Shown here: positions 58,401 to 64,000 of the stretch, one piece after another
How positions within the stretch are numbered: the stretch's first letter is position 1
How the letters are laid out: each line of letters starts with the position of its first letter
From: Schmidtea nova
Taxonomy: Eukaryota
Length of the DNA stretch: 64,000 nucleotides
Direction: 5' to 3'
Assembly (NCBI GenBank): GCA_044892505.1
Contig: CM097883.1
Span: forward strand, 175,398,001-175,462,000
Program-made: the position numbers and the translations under genes
The notes under the pieces: model-generated
What the model was told of the DNA's origin: nothing
The model's database searches: none
What the model saw: the letters and a program-made list of their open reading frames with translations, nothing else

Positions 58401-60821
58401 TAAATATTCATCATCATCCACTTGTCCTCCATGAATCATAATCAAGAATATACCGGTAGTCTGCCCAGTATCTATTAAATCTTTTCTCAACGTTATCACT
58501 TTGCTAAAACAACGATATAATCTCGTCATGGGTTCTTTTCCCGCTATTCGAATGTCTAAAGTTATCATGCCTTGTCGGTGTGCTTGATGACGTATTGCTG
58601 TTCCATTTTTCCTCATTAACATTTTTATTTCTGTTTGAAAAGAACTAGTTTCTTTTACTACAGGTAGTAATATAGGAATTATACTCTCCAATGATTCTAC
58701 TGGTATGCGCAATACCAACATCCAGTCTAATATTTCCTTGATTGTTTCTCCATCCCTCGGAGATTTCTGCAACTCTATCTTTAGACGTTGCTCTATTTGT
58801 TGGACTTCCTCCAACTGTGCAATTTCCATTTGTGTGAGTAGAAACACACTGTCTTGATCCACTACTGGGACCGATATTCCTGTCAGTTTTGTTGTGAGTT
58901 TCGTTACCCTTCCTGGTAATACACCATTTTGTAGTAGTGTTTCCCCAACTACTAACTTTTCTCCATATAGATAAAAATCATATCTATTATGTTTCAATTT
59001 CATCATTGTATCTGACAACTTATCTGTTCGACATCTTACATTCATGTCGATGTTAAACTCCTGCTCCTGAGGAAGTTTTATGTTTAAATGCGAATCCTGA
59101 AGATCCCATTCATGCTCCATTGCTGTTCCTATCTTTCGTAGGATTCTGTGTATGTCGCTATGATACTTTGGATCATCTTCGACCTGAGATATTAACTGTA
59201 ATATCTTTCCAATTTCACTATTCTTGATATCACCTTGTGATAATTTCTCTAATTCTCTAGTCAGTCTCTGCTGATACTCATATCTGGAATCCACCAGTTT
59301 TAAACATTTTGCTAGGGTATCTGACCCTTTCTTGGCCTTTGTTTCCTTGAACAAAGCCTGGTCGAACTCGCTCAGTATGGTACTCATACTGGGTTCGTCA
59401 TCATTATCAGAATTTGTTTCTGATTCTATTACCTCATGATTCTCGCTGCTGGAATCCATGGGTTCACTATTTCCTTGCTCGTCTGTGTAAGCATCATAAT
59501 TTTTCTCAGCTGAAATCATCAAAACTGTTCCTTGCCCAACTGTGTGAGCATCATCGCTTTCCTCAATGGGATTCATTATAACTGTTCCTCGCCCATCCAT
59601 GTGAGCATGATTTTTCTCAGCTGAAATCATAAAAACTGTCTCTTGCCCAACTGTGTGAGTCTCATTCTTTTCCTCTATTGTATTCATCAAAACTGTTCCT
59701 CGCTCATCTGTGTGAGCATGATTTTTCTCAGCTGAAATCATAAAAACTGTATCATCTCGATCCATTAGCCGTGCTAATCGATTTTTCTCCTCCTGGATTT
59801 CCATTTCCAGTTGTTGCAAATACGTCAATTCTTTATCGTGATTGACCATGAACGTAGTTTTTGGCTTGCTGATATTACCACCATTGGTAGTCCTATTATT
59901 CGTATTATTACTCTGATTTTGAGGACACGACCTCAGGATATGCCCGAATTTTCCACATCCGTGGCATTTTATCTTTCCTGATGAATTTACATCATCCCTT
60001 TTTATATTAAAATTCCCATTCGTTGGGAGATTCCTAACTCTACAAACGGAAGCAACATGCCCTCTGCGTTTGCATTTATCACACTGCAAGTTCGTGACTC
60101 TACAGTTCTCAACACTATGATTATTCATACCACATTTAGTACACTGAATACCCCTACGAGTATCAGCTACCTTCTTACTGTGGCAATCTTTTGATATATG
60201 CCCCTTCTTATGGCAGTTAAAACATTCAATTGCTGGCTTCTCATTATTTACCATAAATGAGGTAGCCTTTTCTAAGCTGCTTTCGATTACGACAGCTTTT
60301 CTTGTTAATTCCCAAAAATCATCTCCCGTGTGGAGAATCAATGCATTTCTCATTACATTTGTGAATCCAGCTAATAATTGGTCTTTAACCATAGCTTTAG
60401 TTGCATCATTCCAGGTAGTTCTGAGCCCAAATGCTCTTTCGGCTAATAACAATAATTGATAGGAAAATTCTCCTACATGCTCATTGGCATTCTGTTTTCT
60501 ATGGTAAAATTGTTGTCGGAAAATTCTGCTTGAATCTCCCGGTAATATTCTAGCCGTTAGTGATTCTCTCATCTTTTCCCATGTAGCTGGTTTATCTGCT
60601 GCTGGTAACGCCATAATATCATTGTAGTTTTCCCTTGCCATACCCTTAAGGTAAATTGGCAGTCTTTGTATCATTATTGCATCTGGATACCCATAGGCCT
60701 TTGCCATCTGATAATACTCTGACATAAACTCCGGAAATTCCCCTGGATCTCCGCTAAATGCCTTGACAGGTAAAGCGGGATATCTAGCAAAAACATTATT
60801 CTCTTCAGCCATGTCCTCCAC
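55362..60821 (-). CDS. gag: ORF1 (1819 aa): Gag capsid, 4 CCHC knuckles, spacer with UBL-like domains, chuvirus-type glycoprotein
   Basis: Capsid FSGD...Q..NEHVGEF; CX2CX4HX4C x4 at aa 200-299; internal hydrophobic signal aa ~1088-1108; AFDC, YCGSHS, GEAIYSYQC...ECTLELPV; TM at aa ~1651-1675. Confidence 0.95.
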   Translation of the reverse strand: MEDMAEENNVFARYPALPVKAFSGDPGEFPEFMSEYYQMAKAYGYPDAIMIQRLPIYLKGMARENYNDIMALPAADKPATWEKMRESLTARILPGDSSRIFRQQFYHRKQNANEHVGEFSYQLLLLAERAFGLRTTWNDATKAMVKDQLLAGFTNVMRNALILHTGDDFWELTRKAVVIESSLEKATSFMVNNEKPAIECFNCHKKGHISKDCHSKKVADTRRGIQCTKCGMNNHSVENCRVTNLQCDKCKRRGHVASVCRVRNLPTNGNFNIKRDDVNSSGKIKCHGCGKFGHILRSCPQNQSNNTNNRTTNGGNISKPKTTFMVNHDKELTYLQQLEMEIQEEKNRLARLMDRDDTVFMISAEKNHAHTDERGTVLMNTIEEKNETHTVGQETVFMISAEKNHAHMDGRGTVIMNPIEESDDAHTVGQGTVLMISAEKNYDAYTDEQGNSEPMDSSSENHEVIESETNSDNDDEPSMSTILSEFDQALFKETKAKKGSDTLAKCLKLVDSRYEYQQRLTRELEKLSQGDIKNSEIGKILQLISQVEDDPKYHSDIHRILRKIGTAMEHEWDLQDSHLNIKLPQEQEFNIDMNVRCRTDKLSDTMMKLKHNRYDFYLYGEKLVVGETLLQNGVLPGRVTKLTTKLTGISVPVVDQDSVFLLTQMEIAQLEEVQQIEQRLKIELQKSPRDGETIKEILDWMLVLRIPVESLESIIPILLPVVKETSSFQTEIKMLMRKNGTAIRHQAHRQGMITLDIRIAGKEPMTRLYRCFSKVITLRKDLIDTGQTTGIFLIMIHGGQVDDDEYLVDVGCLPFETTTVAIIPVEPPESQWSALRLPDEMVTGNVETQPFNVDIDADNHGEEEIRLNNEETNVGASTSQAVETIRPAWQTKKDRRGRPRKDQMKPPPTEQLNQETIKQVQMKTLSGIARDVDMRDEGVHIPEKSLTWKRLKQIIGILKPEWQITRIKGIQVDKVTQSIAKTMRRLPKMVPQNEIQSMLETLIQDGLSKGKIVTALSMLIQDALARAGNEKKLINREIDQITEITEHYLGTWMSENNFWEEEKHKPRYEFVEEVMNNNHLGNGGMGNMTNMILMFLVMMGIMKQTNTMTAFDCSDPKLARIYSLVDAIECKEAYPEKVQTGEKVEYYVYQESEFFRTKIRECRVQRATFEYYCGSHSYTAFLSATLIPRPVNILPEDCLDAFRKGTLRIDNEVTIAAEVGKTLGVTITRGGSIGSDGTCTGRKKTRGSELVSFVVDIEDYSIELREYEGTFDVLSGRLMAHPQCLAKFGSCRTGVITLLYDQILDHCELSLLKKINFHKLNGTKYRDLPKRERIWDKEKTLKRINKQQKEDISEEITPLVLVSEDKKDAIRFVRKDKKTKCGKVVYETNYKGLYLSKTFIQKAKNIHSQDIKITNYINNKIDYLYHDLQGQMQEMYQEVILNDCKLNREIVRNRLAISIVNPDLVTPMLLEDGMFGRIMGEAIYSYQCQPIEVQLTRYNECTLELPVSYQNKIRFVMPVTRRLLDEKQKPQPSICNPAISPLYKVNDRWISLPDRKPSNRKVETLEVTKLEENMEFKSLDELSQGGIYTPADIEEARQTLLFPQVRERGITEIIRTIYQANEMRPDYNLLFGPDHYKEAAKNVMMKIWGRFTNFGIFVAGCSGIYAIFVILKLIITQLISTYSIFKIGGWSWKLILGLCPMCAEFALFKHHRKEIKTIKQRSLVKHEIIGIEMEGNTSYRDDNNSEGGGNGDSLNTVQRQSRSRKRNYNKKPNHQLRKMKYRDYQPPYEATKQIFDKSMISEDEYDSADQKFAIKYNIA
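59440..59760 (-). repeat. In-frame 111-bp (37-aa) tandem repeat in ORF1, ~2.5 copies
   Basis: CTCAGCTGAAATCAT at 59505, 59616, 59727; protein TVFMISAEKNHAH..RG / TV(L/I)MN.IEE...HTVGQ. Confidence 0.95.
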
Positions 60822-60881
60822 AACTTTTGTCTTTTTAGGAGCTATTTTGTATATAACAATATGTTCACTGATAATAATTGT

Positions 60882-60899
60882 ATCACGTCGGGCTCACCA
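60882..60899 (-). promoter_or_regulatory. Primer-binding site, tRNA-Trp-like
   Basis: Minus strand TGGTGAGCCCGACGTGAT, 3 nt from the 5' LTR; differs at one position from the tRNA-Trp PBS TGGTGACCCCGACGTGAT. Confidence 0.85.
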
Positions 60900-60902
60900 A
60901 AA

Positions 60903-61903
60903 TGTTCGGTTCGTATCAGTGGTTTACGACGAACACAAAAAAAAAATATATATATATTTGATTTGATTATCGGACTCCAAACGATAATCCGCTTATATAA
61001 TTATAAATAAAATATATGTTTTAGGTTGGGTGTAAAGAAAACAAAACCTATTCTTTTTAATAAGATTTATTGCGATTTATGTATAACAATGTACAATATA
61101 TTAAAATAAAATAGCTGCAAAGCAAAAGTTAGAAAATCGGTTATTCAAACCGTCCTCAGAGTTTAAGAACGAAAGCTGGACCTAAAAGGCTCAACAGCTC
61201 CGACTAAATGAAAGGACAAAAGATGAGGGCTTTCCCGGTAGTTTAATCGCGATAGTGACAACCCAGAAATGGTTGTCACTGTGACCTAATAATTTCCCTT
61301 CTAATAATTTATTATTTAACGAATTTACTGAAGGGGAAAAATAGTAATATAACTATTTCCCCGTGATCGATTTATAGAATTAAAGCAAACTAGAAAATTT
61401 ACCAGCTAATAAAGATTATTCCAATTTCGGGAAATTATCACAAATGAAATTCAAGCTAAACTTCTCGTAATACTTCTGCCGTAAAAATTAATTTCTCCAA
61501 TTCACAAATCTGTAAAACTTAGATTCTAAAATTCACTTCTGTCCAATTTATGTTTTGTAATTAGTTTAAATAGTAAAGTACTGCCTACACGGCCACGCAC
61601 TAAAAGTTTACTATTATTTTTAGTAATTCTTATTTACTATTTTTAATCTAAATTTATTATTATTATTACTATAATTAGTGTATATCTATTTAGAGCAGTT
61701 ATTAATTACTATATTTATTTCTTTTCTATTTATAGTAATTATTTGTTACTAAAATTACTAATTAAGTATTTAATTATTACTATAATTATTATCTATCTAT
61801 TTATAGTAATTCTTAATTGCTATTTATATTTATTTATTTATTTATAATATTTAATTACAAATTTATACAAAAACCCGAGATCCCTTGATCTCGAACCCTA
61901 ACA
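60903..61903 (-). repeat. 5' LTR (1001 bp)
   Basis: See 3' LTR. Confidence 0.97.
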
Positions 61904-62362
61904 CGTCTACATTGTATTATCCTTTCAGATCATACTCGATATTATACAATTGAACTTTACTTCAAGTTGCAAACATTATTAACTGAAACTTCTGAAAATT
62001 GTATCTAAAATTTTAGTATTCGAAACTCTCAAAAAACATGTCTTGAAACTTTATATATAAAAATTTTTGTTATTATCAAAAAATTCGCATATGATCGAAT
62101 CTAATTTTTGGAAAAATAAAAATTTATTTTTATAATAATATATTATGTAAAAATTTAGATTAAATTATTAGAATATAAAAATTTAAAATCGTAAATTTTA
62201 TTACTATATTAGAATATAAAAAAATCTTTTAAATCAAAATCTTTATTATTATATATATTTTAAAGAATTTCAAATTTAGTTTTATGTAGAAAAATTATAT
62301 TATAATTATAATTTTATTTTTAAAATTATTACCTTTCACAACATCACGAAATAATAATACTT

Positions 62363-62600
62363 GCAAATCAATACATCCATATCATTCAATAACGCCATCC
62401 ATATCCAATACCTCATACAAAAAGTTATTCATCTACCAATACACACACTACATCGTTTCACTCATAAACATTCATCGACATCATACATCCAGCAAATCAA
62501 TACATCCATATGATTCAATAACGCCATCCACATCCAATACCTCATACAAAAAATTATTCATCTACCAATACATACACACTTCATCGTTTCATTCATTTAC
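62363..62600. repeat. 129-bp tandem repeat, 2 copies
   Basis: gcaaatcaatacatccatat...aacgccatcca...cctcatacaaaaa...catcgtttca at 62363 and 62492. Confidence 0.9.
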
Positions 62601-64000
62601 AACCATCAGCATCACACATACAGAAAATTCACACAAAAAATTCACTTATTCACATCCATCATTAAATATCTACAAATCACATTATCACATTGAGAATATA
62701 TCCATTCACTTAGGGAATACATATGATCACTAATTCGCTGCTTCAACATCCTATATAAAATTACTTACAGTAATCAACATCCAACAACGGTAACTACTGT
62801 AACTACAGTACATACTGTCATCATTGGCCATTGATAATTCCAACAGGAACCTTTTTAAAACACGTCGGATATGACTCAAACCTATATAGAAAGCAAATTT
62901 TGAAATTTCATTTCCTCTTAATATATGGCCGGAATAGAGTGCCACGAAAGAAATCACAGCCTAGACTTTCAGTAAACTGGAAAAATTTCGGTGTTTTTTA
63001 AAGTTTCTGCAACAATTGAGAAAAGCTTACGTTAGTGACTTCAATTCATTTTTCTTTCTGGTCTCGATACCAATCCACGTGTTGATTGTGTATGACGAAA
63101 TATAATCCAACAATAGCGAACAAAACTTCACGATATCGAATTGATTGTCGACGGCACAAAAATCATCAGAAATTTTTTTTGGAAAGAAAATGAATCTGAG
63201 TTGTTCTGCAAATTTCCAAAAGATAAAACTGCCACTGAAACGGGAATATTAAATCCACAATGATAATAAATTATCAATAGCCTTACTAGTAAACTAGACC
63301 CAGGAATTTGTGAATCTGTAAATTTTGCGGAAATAACTTTAAATTCAATCGACAAATTTACCTATACACCAAAGCGCATAAATTAAGGGCCAGACAGGCA
63401 ACATTTAAAGTTTCTATAATAACAAATTATTTTATATATAGAAAAAATATACATACCTACTGCAGACTAGGACAAAGTAAAAAAAGCACGGTCATAAATT
63501 ACGGGCCTACACTATAGAAAATAAGAAAAATTAATTAGTTCAAAAAAACACACTTACACAATACACAAAAGACCTATAATGAAAAATACAAACACATGGA
63601 CATAATTTAAGGGACAGTCTTTAATTAAGGGATTTTCAAATTTTAAAAAATCATGATTTATGATGATATTTCAGAAACGTTTTTGGAATCAACTATACTA
63701 TTTATTGGAGAGAATCAAGAAGAAATGTAAACTTACAATTATATTAAAAAATTTTAAAAAAATATTTTTAGAAATGCAGAAAATGAAGCTATAATGCCTC
63801 AAACGGCCGAAACTGTAGAAAGAAAACATCGAAAAACGTAAAACAATTTTTAACTTAAAATTTTATAGATAATCTGAACATGACAAAAAATTATTAAAAG
63901 AAGTAATGAAACGGAATGAAAATTATGAAGAATTCGGCAGGTAAATAGGTTTTGAACCTAAGTTTATTAAAGACATAATATCGAGGTAGAAAAAACTGGC

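Larger units (their letters stand above)
47094..61903 (-). mobile_element. Full-length Ty3/gypsy LTR retroelement (14,810 bp) with env-like genes
   Basis: Two LTRs with TGTT/AACA ends, CGTC TSD (47090-47093, 61904-61907), PBS, PPT, and PR-RT-RH-IN order. Confidence 0.98.

Noticed and set aside
58600-58800. TFIIS N-terminal-like helical domain between the UBL domains
   Set aside because: Only a loose hydrophobic pattern; not enough without a profile search
62751-63950. Exon-like pieces near the right end on both strands
   Set aside because: Splice-like sites exist but every join I tried hit stops; no protein family recognised

Overview
AT-rich eukaryotic (invertebrate-like) genomic DNA with ~50-bp introns and one assembly gap (N 36615-36751); most of it is transposon-derived. 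The main feature is a complete, very recent 14.8-kb Ty3/gypsy LTR retroelement on the minus strand (47094-61903), with ~1-kb near-identical LTRs, a CGTC TSD, a tRNA-Trp-like PBS and a PPT. Its layout is unusual. ORF1 joins Gag (capsid plus 4 CCHC knuckles), two ubiquitin-like domains, an AT-hook and a chuvirus-type fusion glycoprotein, all upstream of pol. Pol (PR-RT-RH-IN) ends in a second signal-peptide/TM protein. ORF3 carries a degenerate DEDDh exonuclease and possibly a degenerate AlkB-like domain. One host gene, a 4-exon PLCXD-family phospholipase (minus, 10747-41303), can be reconstructed in frame across a 29.5-kb intron filled with nested hAT, MULE, piggyBac-like and solo-LTR insertions. 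The left end holds a decayed Polinton/Maverick (pPolB, protease, penton-like). Two dispersed repeat families carry conserved, apparently structured non-coding cassettes. All homology calls come from motif recognition by eye; no searches were run.
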